A stretch of DNA of 64,000 bases from Candidatus Methanomethylicia archaeon (GTDB taxonomy: Archaea; Thermoproteota; Methanomethylicia; Culexarchaeales; Culexarchaeaceae), in the NCBI GenBank assembly GCA_038727515.1, contig JAVYVS010000001.1, positions 96,001 to 160,000 of the forward strand, given 5' to 3'. The notes under the pieces are model-generated. The model was not told the origin of the DNA. It saw only the letters and a list, made by a program, of their open reading frames with translations, and did no database searches. Numbering within the stretch: the first letter of the stretch is position 1; the number at the start of each line of letters is the position of its first letter. Made by a program: the position numbers and the translations under genes. Positions 19,581-30,405 of the stretch are shown one piece after another.

Positions 19581-20003
19581 TCATTTGATTAAAGTTCTTC
19601 TTGGTTTTATTAAAGTGATTCTTTTATTCACATAATCTATGCATACCCTATAATCCTTTAATAATCCATACCCTATACACCCATAAAACCTATGTTTAAA
19701 TTTCTCATCTGTAGTGATATTTAGAACTGTAGCTTGAACCTTCTCAAATCTTATACCTGCAAATTCAAAGGTGTCTATGGTTGTTATATGTATTGGTACT
19801 TCTCCTCCAGCTCCAATCCCCCTTCTTCCAGTATCTATAACTTTAAGCCCTAATTCATCAGCAAAAAATCTAAGTATGGTTAATCCTGGACCTCCAGTAT
19901 CAATCCAAAAATCATATGGCCCCATACCATTAACATACGCTGGAACAGTTATTAAATGCCCAATAAGTTTAAACTGAATTGATCGTGGAGACATAACAAA
20001 CAC
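19581..20003 (-). CDS. Retropepsin-like aspartyl protease
   Basis: VPAYVNG..PYDFWIDTGG, GCIGYGLL, IDY. Confidence 0.85.
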   Translation of the reverse strand: MFVMSPRSIQFKLIGHLITVPAYVNGMGPYDFWIDTGGPGLTILRFFADELGLKVIDTGRRGIGAGGEVPIHITTIDTFEFAGIRFEKVQATVLNITTDEKFKHRFYGCIGYGLLKDYRVCIDYVNKRITLIKPRRTLIK

Positions 20004-20033
20004 TAATAATACATTATTTATGTATTATATATC

Positions 20034-20549
20034 TCAAATTTGTGTTAATTCCAAGGCTTTTTGAGCTAATTCTTCTGGTGAATCAACGTATACTATTTTT
20101 GATAGGAATCTATTGTCAAAAGCGTTTTTAAAGGTTGATTCTAGTTTATCTGTACTCATACCAGTACCTCTCAGTATTACAATGGGTTTACCATATGAGT
20201 ATGCTATGAAGAGTTCAATTAAAGTTCCTATTTCCCCTCCCAGTGAAACAACTACGTCACTACACCTCACAAGTATAACACTTCTACCCCTATAATCCAA
20301 CCCGGTATCTATAATTGTAAATAATTTATTTCTAGGGGGGATATTTATGGGGTTTAATGGTAAAATGAAGACAACTTGTAATCCTCTCTTTAATGCTGCA
20401 TCAGCTACATCTTTCATTAAACCCCAATAACCACCTAAGAATATCCTACAATTCTCAGGTAGTTTGGATATGAATCTCCAAGCTAAATCCATATTACTGC
20501 CTTCACTATGAGCTGCAACACATATATTTATCATTAAATCACCATCCAC
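20034..20549 (-). CDS. LOG/SLOG family nucleotide-binding protein
   Basis: GGYWGLM, RSVILV, GGEIGTLIE. Confidence 0.85.
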   Translation of the reverse strand: MDGDLMINICVAAHSEGSNMDLAWRFISKLPENCRIFLGGYWGLMKDVADAALKRGLQVVFILPLNPINIPPRNKLFTIIDTGLDYRGRSVILVRCSDVVVSLGGEIGTLIELFIAYSYGKPIVILRGTGMSTDKLESTFKNAFDNRFLSKIVYVDSPEELAQKALELTQI

Positions 20550-20587
20550 AAAATTAGATATGTAATTTATTAGGTTATTAATGTGTT

Positions 20588-20603
20588 TATTACCATGGTA
20601 ATA
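20588..20603. promoter_or_regulatory. Perfect 16-bp palindrome, candidate cop operator
   Basis: TATTACCATGGTAATA immediately before TATA-like TTTATTAA upstream of the TRASH-copA genes. Confidence 0.55.
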
Positions 20604-20643
20604 TTTATTAATTGTTATATCTATTGTAGTAGGGTGTATTTGT

Positions 20644-20817
20644 ATGAAGGTTGTAGATCCAGTATGTGGTATGGATGTGGATTCAAGTAAAACTCCCTTT
20701 AAAACGATATATAAGGGTAAGGTATACTACTTTTGTAGTAATCATTGTAAGAAGGTTTTTGAAGAGAATCCTGAATATTATTTGAAGCATGGTCCGATGG
20801 GTATGCATAAATTATAG
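20644..20817 (+). CDS. TRASH/YHS metallochaperone (CopM/CopT-like), 57 aa
   Basis: MKVVDPVCGMDVD...YYFCSNHCKKVFEENPEYY; below the ORF-track cutoff; precedes copA. Confidence 0.93.
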   Translation: MKVVDPVCGMDVDSSKTPFKTIYKGKVYYFCSNHCKKVFEENPEYYLKHGPMGMHKL

Positions 20818-20834
20818 ATTCTCTATGTTAATGG

Positions 20835-23240
20835 TTGATTTTCATGTTTATTAGGGAGAGAATTAAGGTTCTTGGGGTTGATTGTCCTACATGTGTGTAT
20901 TCTATTCAGAGAAATTTGAGTAAATTAGGTATTTCAAAATTTGATGTTGATATTACAACTGGAGATGCTATTATAGAGTATGATGCTAAGGTTTGTAGAG
21001 CTAGAGATGTGTATAATGCTATAAGAAGTGCTGGTTATGATGTATTTAAAGAGCAAATTATAGTGGCTGTGGATGATTTAAGTGATCGTACATATTATTT
21101 GGAATCTAAACTTCTATCACTACCTGGAATTTTTGAATGTAAATCCTCCTCTATAACTAAACTTATTAAAATCATCTATAATCCATTTACAATTAATAGT
21201 GAAGGTATTCTTCAAGAAATTTCAAAACTTGGTTTTAAAAATGTTAAACTTTTAAGTGAAATTGCTGTGAAAGGTGGGAGAGAAGGTTTCGTATTGTTTA
21301 GAAGGTTGATGGCATTTATCACTGGTTTAATAGTAATAGTTTATTCAACGATTTCAATGTTTATTGAGCATATTGTTGTTGAAGATGTATTTCCATTGGC
21401 TGTTATTGCCATAATGACAATGATACTTTCAGGAGACATTGTGGTGAGAGGTTTTAGAGCATTATCAAAATTTACCCCCACAATGGAATCTCTAATAGCT
21501 CTTTCATCAACGGCATCTTTAGTATTTGGGCTTACCGGACTTTTAGGATTAACCCACTTGGAGGGCGGTGTACAATCCAATACATTTTTTGAAGCTTCAG
21601 CGGGAGTTGCAGGATTCATGAGTCTAGGTATATATTTGGAGGAGAGGCTTAGGGGTAGAGCTGCTAAACACATTGAAGATCTAGCTAGATTAATGTATGG
21701 TAAAGCTAGAATCTTGAAGGATAATCGTATAATTGAAGTTGATATTTCAAATTTAAAACCTGGAGATATTGTGGAAGTTAAAACTGGAGAGATAATACCC
21801 GTTGATGGAATAGTGGTGGAAGGTTGGGGTTATGTGGATGAATCTAGTTTTACTGGTGAACCAATGCCAAGACTTAAGAAAGATGAGAATAGAGATCCCG
21901 TTTTAGCTGGTTGCACTCTTACCTCTGGATTTCTAAGGATTAGAACCACTAGGGTTGGTAGAGATACATTACTCTCATACATTATTGAGACGGTGAGGGA
22001 AGCTCAATTCTATAAACCAAAGATTGCTAGATTAGCTGATGGAATAGTTGGAGTATTCACTTATGGTGTTATGTTAATTGCATTAACAACATTCCTATAC
22101 TGGTGGTTTATTATTGGTGAATATTCAATGGCTGTTTTATTTTCAGCATCAGTTTTAGCAATTGCTTGTCCATGTGCCCTTGGAATAGCTATACCCATGG
22201 TGGTATTCTTTGCAGTTATAAAAGCTTCTAGAATAGGTTTATTGATAAGACGTGGAGATGTATTTGAAAGAATCTTAGAGGTAGATACAATTCTATTTGA
22301 TAAAACTGGAACTTTAACAATTGGAAAACCAGTTTTCAGGAAACTATATATTTTTGGGTCTATGAATGAAAATGAGATACTTAGCTATCTATGTAGTATT
22401 GAATCACGAAGTGAACATCCATTGGCAAAAGCAATTTTAACATATTGTTTAGAGAAGGGCATAGAATATTTTGAACCAGAATATTATGAGTATTTCCCTG
22501 GGATGGGTGTTATGGGGATTGTTAAAGGTGTAAATATTGTTGCTGGAAATAGGGAATTCATGAAGAAACTTGAAATAAACTTAGATTCTAATGTTGAGAA
22601 AATAATAAATGATATTGGTTTAAGAGGTGCAACCCCAATAATTATAGCTATTAATGGTATGATAGTTGGCATAGTGGAAATTGGAGATGAATTAAGATTT
22701 GATGCAGAAACAGTTATAAGAGAACTTAAGAGAAGTGGGTTTAAAGTGGGGATTGTTAGTGGTGATATCCCAACTAGTGTTAATTACTACTCAAAAATCT
22801 TTAATTTAGATTTAGCATACTCTGAAATGAAACCTGATGATAAAGTGCAATTCATAGAGAAACTTCAGAGAAATGGTGGTAAAATAGCATTTGTAGGTGA
22901 TGGTGTTAACGATGCACCAGCAATATCAACTTCATATCTAGGTATAGCTATGGGTAGAGGCTCAGATATTTCAAGGGAAGCTGGAGATATTGTTTTAACT
23001 GGAAATAGACTTAAAGATCTATTAACACTAATAGATTTAAGTAAAATTGTGAAGAGAAAGTTTATTGAAAATTTAATGTGGGCATTCATATACAATTTAA
23101 TCTTAATACCAATAGCTGCTGGAATCCTATATAATTCATATGGACTCTACATAAAACCTGAAATAGCAGCTTTATCCATGATATTAAGCGATATAAGCGT
23201 AATACTAAACGCAAGCACCATACTAATAAAAAGAACATAA
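20835..23240 (+). CDS. copA: Cu(I)-translocating P1B ATPase
   Basis: CPTC metal-binding domain, TGE, CPCALG, DKTGT, HP, GDGVND, YN and MILS. Confidence 0.93.
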   Translation: MIFMFIRERIKVLGVDCPTCVYSIQRNLSKLGISKFDVDITTGDAIIEYDAKVCRARDVYNAIRSAGYDVFKEQIIVAVDDLSDRTYYLESKLLSLPGIFECKSSSITKLIKIIYNPFTINSEGILQEISKLGFKNVKLLSEIAVKGGREGFVLFRRLMAFITGLIVIVYSTISMFIEHIVVEDVFPLAVIAIMTMILSGDIVVRGFRALSKFTPTMESLIALSSTASLVFGLTGLLGLTHLEGGVQSNTFFEASAGVAGFMSLGIYLEERLRGRAAKHIEDLARLMYGKARILKDNRIIEVDISNLKPGDIVEVKTGEIIPVDGIVVEGWGYVDESSFTGEPMPRLKKDENRDPVLAGCTLTSGFLRIRTTRVGRDTLLSYIIETVREAQFYKPKIARLADGIVGVFTYGVMLIALTTFLYWWFIIGEYSMAVLFSASVLAIACPCALGIAIPMVVFFAVIKASRIGLLIRRGDVFERILEVDTILFDKTGTLTIGKPVFRKLYIFGSMNENEILSYLCSIESRSEHPLAKAILTYCLEKGIEYFEPEYYEYFPGMGVMGIVKGVNIVAGNREFMKKLEINLDSNVEKIINDIGLRGATPIIIAINGMIVGIVEIGDELRFDAETVIRELKRSGFKVGIVSGDIPTSVNYYSKIFNLDLAYSEMKPDDKVQFIEKLQRNGGKIAFVGDGVNDAPAISTSYLGIAMGRGSDISREAGDIVLTGNRLKDLLTLIDLSKIVKRKFIENLMWAFIYNLILIPIAAGILYNSYGLYIKPEIAALSMILSDISVILNASTILIKRT

Positions 23241-23276
23241 ATCTTTAATCCAAAATTCATTAATAACATTCTCATT

Positions 23277-24020
23277 TCATGTAAATATACTATCTAAGAG
23301 CATCATTATTGAAAAACCACTTATAAAACCAAAGGTAGCTTTCCTTCCAAAACCCTTCTGATGACTTTCAGGAATCATCTCATCTACAACTATAAAGAGC
23401 ATGGCTCCAGCTGCAAATACTAAACCCCAAGGGAGAAGTGAATGAGCTAGAGAAACTAGTACTATACCGAGAAAACCTCCAATGGGTTCAATGAGACCTG
23501 TTAAAGTAGCATAACCAATAGCCTTCCACCTACTATATCTTTCTCTTAAAAGAGGGAGAGCTACAGCTAAGCCTTCCGGCGCATTCTGTAATCCAATTGC
23601 AGTAGCTACAATCAAACCTGCTTCCACATTACCCGAACCAAAACTTACACCAACAGCTAAACCCTCTGGAAAATTATGAATAGTCATAGCAATTATGAAA
23701 AGCCAAACTTTTGAGAGTTTTGAATATGGACCTTCAAATCCTGCAACGGGGTGAAGATGTGGAGTAAAACGATCAATAAAATGTAGTAAGAGTGCACCTA
23801 TAATGAGGCCACCCATAGCTATCCATGGTCCACTTAAATCAATTGCAGGAACCAAAAGACTGAAGGCTGTAGCTGCTGACATAACTCCTGCAGCAAAACC
23901 AAGTAAGACATCCAATGTATCATCAGAGAAAGATTCCTTTAGAAATATGGGGATTGCTCCAATACCCGTAGCTAAACCTGCCAATAAACTAGCTAAAAAC
24001 CCTAAATAAATTATCTCCAT
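23277..24020 (-). CDS. ZIP family metal transporter (GufA/ZupT-like)
   Basis: HNFPEGLAVG, QNAPEG, EMIPE. Confidence 0.93.
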   Translation of the reverse strand: MEIIYLGFLASLLAGLATGIGAIPIFLKESFSDDTLDVLLGFAAGVMSAATAFSLLVPAIDLSGPWIAMGGLIIGALLLHFIDRFTPHLHPVAGFEGPYSKLSKVWLFIIAMTIHNFPEGLAVGVSFGSGNVEAGLIVATAIGLQNAPEGLAVALPLLRERYSRWKAIGYATLTGLIEPIGGFLGIVLVSLAHSLLPWGLVFAAGAMLFIVVDEMIPESHQKGFGRKATFGFISGFSIMMLLDSIFT

Positions 24021-24321
24021 TCAACCCACAATCCTCTTCAATTTAATATTTTACAAGAAAAATAAAATATTACTTAACCCCCTCTATTTTCATTATCTCT
24101 CTCTTACGAAGAAACTTTATGACAAACCAACTAGAAACTATAAGTTTAAAATTCATCTTTTAGTTGAGTCTGTTTCAATTATTGTTTGCATCTTCGTAAT
24201 TCTCCTACTATATAACAGTATTAGTAGAAGAATTAACATCTATTATAATTCCAACTTTTTTCAGGGTTGATTCAAAATTACATCAATATTGGGATCGTAC
24301 TGAAATATGTGTGTAGTAAAG

Positions 24322-24591
24322 TTATGTTTCTTCGAGGTATCTTTTTACGGTTTTTAGTGCGTGGAGTAATTCTCCTCCTAATGCTGTTAGGTGGTATCTT
24401 TTCCTTCCGCTGAAATCTTCTTCTCTTATGAATCCTTTAATTTTCATTAATTCTATGATTTCCTTTGTTCTATCTAAGGGCATATTTGCTCTATACGATA
24501 TTCTTGTTATTGTATTATAATGATTTGATGCTATAGCTTCCAAAACATCCATATATATTTCATATTTACTTCTCTTCTTATTTTTGATCAT
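24322..24591 (-). CDS. Winged-helix transcriptional regulator
   Basis: KRSKYEIYMDVL...TRISYRANM...YHLTALG. Confidence 0.85.
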   Translation of the reverse strand: MIKNKKRSKYEIYMDVLEAIASNHYNTITRISYRANMPLDRTKEIIELMKIKGFIREEDFSGRKRYHLTALGGELLHALKTVKRYLEET

Positions 24592-24600
24592 GACTCTTCA

Positions 24601-25884
24601 TCATAATGGTGGTTTTGGAAGCTCTTGAACTTTTTGAGGTTCAAAAGTTAAGTGAACATTTCTTCCAATCTCTATACCTTCGGTGTAGTATATTTTCCCA
24701 TGTATTGTGCATTCATCTCTTATTACGGCTGTTTTAACATAGATGTTTTCTGCTTCACTTTCACTTCCCATAACTAGATTCTCTGCATATATATCTTCAA
24801 CCTCAGATTCCCTTCCCAAGTGTATCTCCCCACCAATTAATGGTCCTTTAGCTTTTCCCCTCTTACCCAATTTTATGATCTTTGCTTTAGCTCCATTATC
24901 TGTTTCTATCTCTCCTCCCACATCTATGTATTCTTCTGCAATTATGGATCTTGCTTTAACTTTTCCACCAACCTCAAGCCATTTAACATCTACATCTTCA
25001 CTAACCCTAATTATTCCTCCAACACTTATTCCCCCAGAAATCTTCATCCACCCACTCACCTCCATTCTACCTCCAATCTTTACATCGTCGCCAGTGAAGT
25101 TTCCCCTTATGTCTGCTTTTCCACCAATATCCATGGATTTTATCTTTGTAGGTCCCTCCACAACCATTTTTCCTCCAACAATAACCTTCTCTCCTTCACA
25201 TCCCTCAATTATTTTCAATGATCCACCAACATTAATTGTATCGAATTTTAGGTATCCATGTGATTCTAATTTTCCACCCACATCTATCGATTTAACCTCC
25301 AACTTTGATTTCGATTTCACTTCAAATAATCCACCTACATCAATCTTTTCAGCTTTAACATCTCCACTTATCCTTAAACTTCCACCCACATCAATACTTC
25401 TGCATGTAACTCCACCACTTATATTTGCTGTTCCACCCACATTAACATCTTCAGAAGCCCTTAAACCTCCATCAACTCTTAAAGATCCCCCCACATTCAC
25501 TGTTTTCACATCTAAACATCCATTAATCTCCACCTTTCCACCCACATCTAACCTTACACATTTAACATTTCCACCCACATATAACCCTCTATCTATATCT
25601 ATCTCTTCAGCTTCCAAACTTCCATTTACCAATAGACTTGCATCTTCAGATGTTATATCTTCAAAAACCTTTAAATCTCCTTGAATCTCAACTTTTCCAT
25701 CACTTATATCCATGGCTCTAGTCTTCAAACTACACTTAAACTTCACATAACCTTCACAATACAATTTTCCATCAACTTCAACTTCATTAAATCCCTCTAA
25801 GCATTCAACTATGCATCCATCCAATAATTTTAGGTCTTCATTAACTCTACCAAGCTTTACAACTTCTCCACTAAAACTTTTCAA
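24601..25884 (-). CDS. Bactofilin-like beta-helix (polymer-forming) protein
   Basis: Over a dozen roughly 17-aa repeats with (I/V)x(V/I)GG motif. Confidence 0.78.
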   Translation of the reverse strand: MKSFSGEVVKLGRVNEDLKLLDGCIVECLEGFNEVEVDGKLYCEGYVKFKCSLKTRAMDISDGKVEIQGDLKVFEDITSEDASLLVNGSLEAEEIDIDRGLYVGGNVKCVRLDVGGKVEINGCLDVKTVNVGGSLRVDGGLRASEDVNVGGTANISGGVTCRSIDVGGSLRISGDVKAEKIDVGGLFEVKSKSKLEVKSIDVGGKLESHGYLKFDTINVGGSLKIIEGCEGEKVIVGGKMVVEGPTKIKSMDIGGKADIRGNFTGDDVKIGGRMEVSGWMKISGGISVGGIIRVSEDVDVKWLEVGGKVKARSIIAEEYIDVGGEIETDNGAKAKIIKLGKRGKAKGPLIGGEIHLGRESEVEDIYAENLVMGSESEAENIYVKTAVIRDECTIHGKIYYTEGIEIGRNVHLTFEPQKVQELPKPPL

Positions 25885-25964
25885 TGTAATTTCACCTCAG
25901 TAAAGGTTTATATTAAAAGAAATTAACTATAACGCACAAATTGTGAGTACAAAATGTTACTAAG

Positions 25965-26275
25965 CTGTTGATGTTTTCAAGAGAATTTAATATTTCGTAT
26001 GTCTTGGAACCCCCTTCATCTTTTAATTTCACTTCAATCTCCCCTCTAGCCTTAACATCTCTTGATATTTTCAGACACTTAAATGTCAACTTATACTACA
26101 TTTTCCCATCATTATATCTTGAAATTCTAATTCTAAGAGCAGAATCTCGTACATAGTTTTTGCATGATCTAAATCAATGTAGTGATATTTCTCATAACTT
26201 GTTTCATGACGTTTAAATCCCATATTTTCCAAATTTATCTAAATTAACATATATCTTTACTTCATATTCAAACAA
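25965..26275 (-). pseudogene. cyaB: CYTH/CyaB (class IV adenylate cyclase-like) remnant
   Basis: LFEYEVK (ExExK), LENMGF, RDSALRIR, *YKLTFK, KARGEIEVK across three frames, with an internal stop. Confidence 0.78.
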
Positions 26276-26349
26276 CTCCCTCTAACACCAAATATAATTG
26301 AATTATATCCTGTATTAAAGGGTGATTATATGATTCATTGATTATAGGT

Positions 26350-27670
26350 TTATGTTATTAACCATTTCCATAGTGGTATGCATTTTATTTCTATGTTTTC
26401 AACATTTATTTTCCCTTCATAATCCCATGTTATTATTTTCAGGTTTTTACAGTTTAGTTCTTTTGATGCTTTCATTAAACTCTTTATTTCTCTATTATGG
26501 ATTTCACTTTTACTGTTTGCATATGTTACTTGTATTACCTCTTTTACGTATGATCCACTCCTAATTACGAAATCAACTTCATTTCCATCTCTTTTACCAT
26601 ATTCTTTCCAGTATGAAATATCTCTTACATCGCCAATTCTCCTAATTAATTCTATTGCAACAGTATTCTCCATTAATTTACCATATTCCTCTTCAACTTC
26701 TGGATATAATGCTCTAATTATCCCATTATCAATTACATGTATCTTCTTTGGATATTGTTTTCTATCTTTAATGTTGTATGAGAAGATTTCCATTGGTATT
26801 AATAGGAAGATTTCTTCAGCGTATTTTAAGAATTTTATTAATGTGTTTTTACTGCACTTTAAACCTATACTTTTAAGGAAGTTATGGATCTTTGATATAC
26901 TTATCTTATTTGTGAAACATTTTATCACGTATCTTAGAAAATTATCCATTAATATTGGATCAACTTTATATCTTTCAATTAGGTCCCTATAAAATATTGT
27001 TTCATAATATGTCTTCAAAATTTTATTCTTCAATTCATAGTCTTCGCTTAAAACAACCTTTGGATATCCACCAAATCTAACATATTCATCTAGAAGTCTA
27101 AGTATTCTACCTCTCTCCTCCAAGTAGCTTATTACATTTATATCTTTGATTTCAAAATTCCTTGCTTTTAAAAATTCTCTAAAACTGAAGGGTAGAATAA
27201 CATAATCTATGCTTCTACCCCTTAAGGTTGTGGCTATTTCTCTACTGGAAAGTTTTGAAGATGAACCTGAAATAAATATTTTAAAACGATTTGAATTATA
27301 AATTCTCCTCACCCATTTATCCCAGTCCCTAACATTTTGGATTTCGTCTAAAAATAGATATATTGGTTCATCATCAATTGGAGAGAATATTTGATAGAAA
27401 ATCTTCATCATACCTCTAAATGGTTTGCATCCAGATTTCTAAGTCTTTCATGTTCAAAATCAATATAAAGAATATTACTTCTAGGAACATTATTGTATGC
27501 CTCCCTAATTAATTGGTACATTCTGTATGTTTTCCAGCTTGTCTTGGACCTATTATTGAAATTATCATGTTTGTATCTAAAGGTATCTTTAATTCCCTTT
27601 CAATGAGTTTAGGTAGAATTTTTACATACCATTCAGATAAAACTATTTTGAAATCTTCTTCCCTTACAAA
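26350..27670 (-). pseudogene. COG1373 AAA+ ATPase with two frameshifts (3' 353-aa ORF intact)
   Basis: Walker A GPRQAGK/T and LYIDFEHERL lie in shifted frames upstream of ORF 26350-27411 (LDEIQ, GGYP, EVDF). Confidence 0.8.
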
Positions 27671-28099
27671 TTGTATTATGTGAGAACAATTTTATAATAA
27701 TTTTGTTCTCTTACGAAACAATTTCATGATATCTTAGAATTCACTTAATTTTGGTTCTTAGTATGAATCCATTTTTTATGTATTCAAATATTGTTATTCC
27801 TCCATCAATCTTAGGCTTTATACGCTTCTCCAACCATCTAACAGTCAATCTCTCAGCACTCTTTACACACTCTATATATCCCTCTAAGCTTTACTCAACA
27901 AATTGTATTCAGTATATGTTAATCCATCAGCATACTGAAAATTTCAGAGAAATTTAACCTTATTGTCTTAGGGTTTCTTTCTTCAACATTCTAGCTAAAC
28001 ATGAAAGTTGATTCTCCTTTTCAAGTTTTCATAATAGATTGAAAAGATAGATTTAACCTTCATTTTAAACAATGAAAAACTTGTTGTAGTTACAAAATG

Positions 28100-28516
28100 T
28101 TATTTTATATGGGTTATTTCAAATAATTCTTCTATTGGTTTCTCCATTAATTTTAAAGCTTCCTCCTCTGCTACATTACTTTTCAAGTTTTTTAGGTTTG
28201 TTAAAATGTGGTCTTTAAGTTTCATTTCCAGTTTTTCATCGTTTAAAATGAAGGTTACTGTTAGACCTTTTGCTTCTATGAGTTCTATATTTCTCTTTCC
28301 ATATGTGCATCCAGTGGAGTATTGTATTCCATCTATAAAGCATGATGTTGGAGGTTTACCTTCACATTCCACTTTAACCTTCATTTTAAATTGATCTTTG
28401 CCAAGTATGTTTATTGCGTATAAACCTGCCTTTAAACCTAAGATTAAGAATGGTCCTAAATGCCCATGGAATTCCACAGCTCTATTAACTAGATCTTCTG
28501 AAATTTTATACTTCAA
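28100..28516 (-). CDS. FmdE family protein
   Basis: FHGHLGPFLILG, SCFIDGIQYSTGCTYGK. Confidence 0.9.
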   Translation of the reverse strand: MKYKISEDLVNRAVEFHGHLGPFLILGLKAGLYAINILGKDQFKMKVKVECEGKPPTSCFIDGIQYSTGCTYGKRNIELIEAKGLTVTFILNDEKLEMKLKDHILTNLKNLKSNVAEEEALKLMEKPIEELFEITHIK

Positions 28517-29060
28517 TTCTCCTTACACCTCTAACTATTAATGCTTCAACAATCACTATTCCAATGATTCCACCCATAGCTCCACCAATAGCGTGTAATC
28601 CAGCCCAACCTAATGCTCCACCCCATCTTAATAGGGCTTTTGGATCCATGAAGAGAAATCCAATTATAAATCCAGCTACTGCTGCTGAAATCACTGAATT
28701 TAAGAATAATCCACCTATCCTCACAATTCTATTCCTATAGATTCTCTTATAGCCTACTATAAGCATTATTAAATCGAAGAATATTGATGCCGCTGTAAAT
28801 CCTAGGAAGTGTATTGCTGTTGGTCTTGTTATAAAGTTTATGGCTGTAGCTATTAATCCAGTTAATGTTGGAGCTCCTAATTTTCCAACCCACCAAACAG
28901 CCAATATTATACTTGCAAAACCAACGATATCACATAGGAATGGTAGACCAGTTAATTGGAAGAATATTGGTGAATATAACCAATTTAAAATTCCCCAAAG
29001 AGCTGCACATATGGCTATCCCTGATAGATCACGGGCTTTGAAATACATTATATGCACCAT
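28506..29060 (-). CDS. ECF transporter S-component-like membrane protein
   Basis: About 5-6 TM segments, RDL..IAICAALWG, GAPTLTGLI. Confidence 0.65.
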   Translation of the reverse strand: MVHIMYFKARDLSGIAICAALWGILNWLYSPIFFQLTGLPFLCDIVGFASIILAVWWVGKLGAPTLTGLIATAINFITRPTAIHFLGFTAASIFFDLIMLIVGYKRIYRNRIVRIGGLFLNSVISAAVAGFIIGFLFMDPKALLRWGGALGWAGLHAIGGAMGGIIGIVIVEALIVRGVRRIEV

Positions 29061-29092
29061 AAAATGTGTTACTATTTTATATAAAAGTGTTA

Positions 29093-30361
29093 CTATTTAA
29101 CATTACCCTTCAAAGACTTTTTAATTTCTAATGCTGATTTTATTATTTCTCTAGCAATCTCCCTTTTACTCATCTTTGGAATATGCTTTACATTTCTATT
29201 TCTATCTATTATATAGATTTCATTGTAATCCGAACCGAATCCTATATCTCTTCTTGAAACATCATTAGCTACTATTAAATCTAGATCGTTTTGTAGTAAT
29301 CTTTTATATGCTCTTTCAATCATTTCTTCAATTCCAACTCCATATTCAGCTTTAAATCCAACAATAACACTTTTAGGTGCATATCTTCTAACTTGACTAG
29401 ATATTTTTGGTGTTGAAACCAATTTTACTGTTAATTCTCCTATATCACTTGATATCTTCCCCTTAATTTTCTCATGGAATTTAAAGTCTAATGGAGCTGC
29501 TGATAGGAATATGAAATCATAATTCTTACTATTTAATTCATTTATTACTGCATTCAACATTTCTTCACATGTAACTACATTAATAACTTTTGCATTCATT
29601 GGAGGTTCAATATTTGAAGGTCCCATTATAAGTGTTGTTTCAGCTCCAGAGGCGATACATTCTTCAGCTAATGCAACCCCCATTTTACCACTACTCGGTG
29701 TTGTGAGGAATTTTACATCATCAAGGTATTCTCTAGTTGGACCGGCAGTTATCAATACCTTCATTCCAGATAGTATTTTTGGTGTGAAAAAGTTTATTAC
29801 GGCATTTATAACTTGTTCTGTAGATGCTATCTTCGCCTTTCCTTCTTCAATTCTAGGTCCAATAAATATTATCCCCTTTTCCTCCAATTTCCTTATGTTT
29901 TCAACTACAAAGGGATTTGTATACATGGTTTCATGCATTGCTGGAACAATCATTATTGGTATTCCAGTTCCAAGAGCTGTAGATACCGTTGTTGTTACAG
30001 GTGTATCATCTATTCCACAGGCAATCTTACTTATGGTATTTGCAGTGGCAGGTGCAATTAAAACTAAATCTACTTTTGTAGAAGTTTTACCACATAATTC
30101 CACATGCTCGATTTTACCAGTTAAATGTGTTATAACTGGATTTCCAGTAGCCCACTCCATTAAATATGGATGTATAAGTTCTGTGGCTGCTTTACTCATA
30201 ACTGTATATACTTCTGCTCCATGGCGCATTAAACCTCTAGCTATCTCAGGGCTTCTTACTGCTGCAACACTACCACAAATACATAATACTATTTTCTTCC
30301 CCTTGAGAAGATTACTCCATGATCCAATGATCTCTTTACTTGGATGGATCATAATATTCAA
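29093..30361 (-). CDS. coaBC: Phosphopantothenoylcysteine decarboxylase/ligase
   Basis: APATANTISK, PAMHETM, TAGPTRE, SSGKMG, VGFKAE. Confidence 0.96.
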   Translation of the reverse strand: MNIMIHPSKEIIGSWSNLLKGKKIVLCICGSVAAVRSPEIARGLMRHGAEVYTVMSKAATELIHPYLMEWATGNPVITHLTGKIEHVELCGKTSTKVDLVLIAPATANTISKIACGIDDTPVTTTVSTALGTGIPIMIVPAMHETMYTNPFVVENIRKLEEKGIIFIGPRIEEGKAKIASTEQVINAVINFFTPKILSGMKVLITAGPTREYLDDVKFLTTPSSGKMGVALAEECIASGAETTLIMGPSNIEPPMNAKVINVVTCEEMLNAVINELNSKNYDFIFLSAAPLDFKFHEKIKGKISSDIGELTVKLVSTPKISSQVRRYAPKSVIVGFKAEYGVGIEEMIERAYKRLLQNDLDLIVANDVSRRDIGFGSDYNEIYIIDRNRNVKHIPKMSKREIAREIIKSALEIKKSLKGNVK

Positions 30362-30405
30362 TAAGCCTTATATTCAATGATTAATTAAATCTTATGTTTA
30401 ATAGT

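Noticed and set aside
24743-25684. 313-aa + strand Pro/Thr/Ser-rich ORF
   Set aside because: Antisense shadow of the GGN/GTN-rich bactofilin-like gene
27587-27604. CTTTAATTCCCTTTCAAT resembling the CRISPR repeat
   Set aside because: Partial single match inside ATPase-derived coding sequence (IERELK)
27740-27900. Minus-strand coding-like fragment (AERLTVRWLEKRIKPK)
   Set aside because: Lacks a start and an identifiable family
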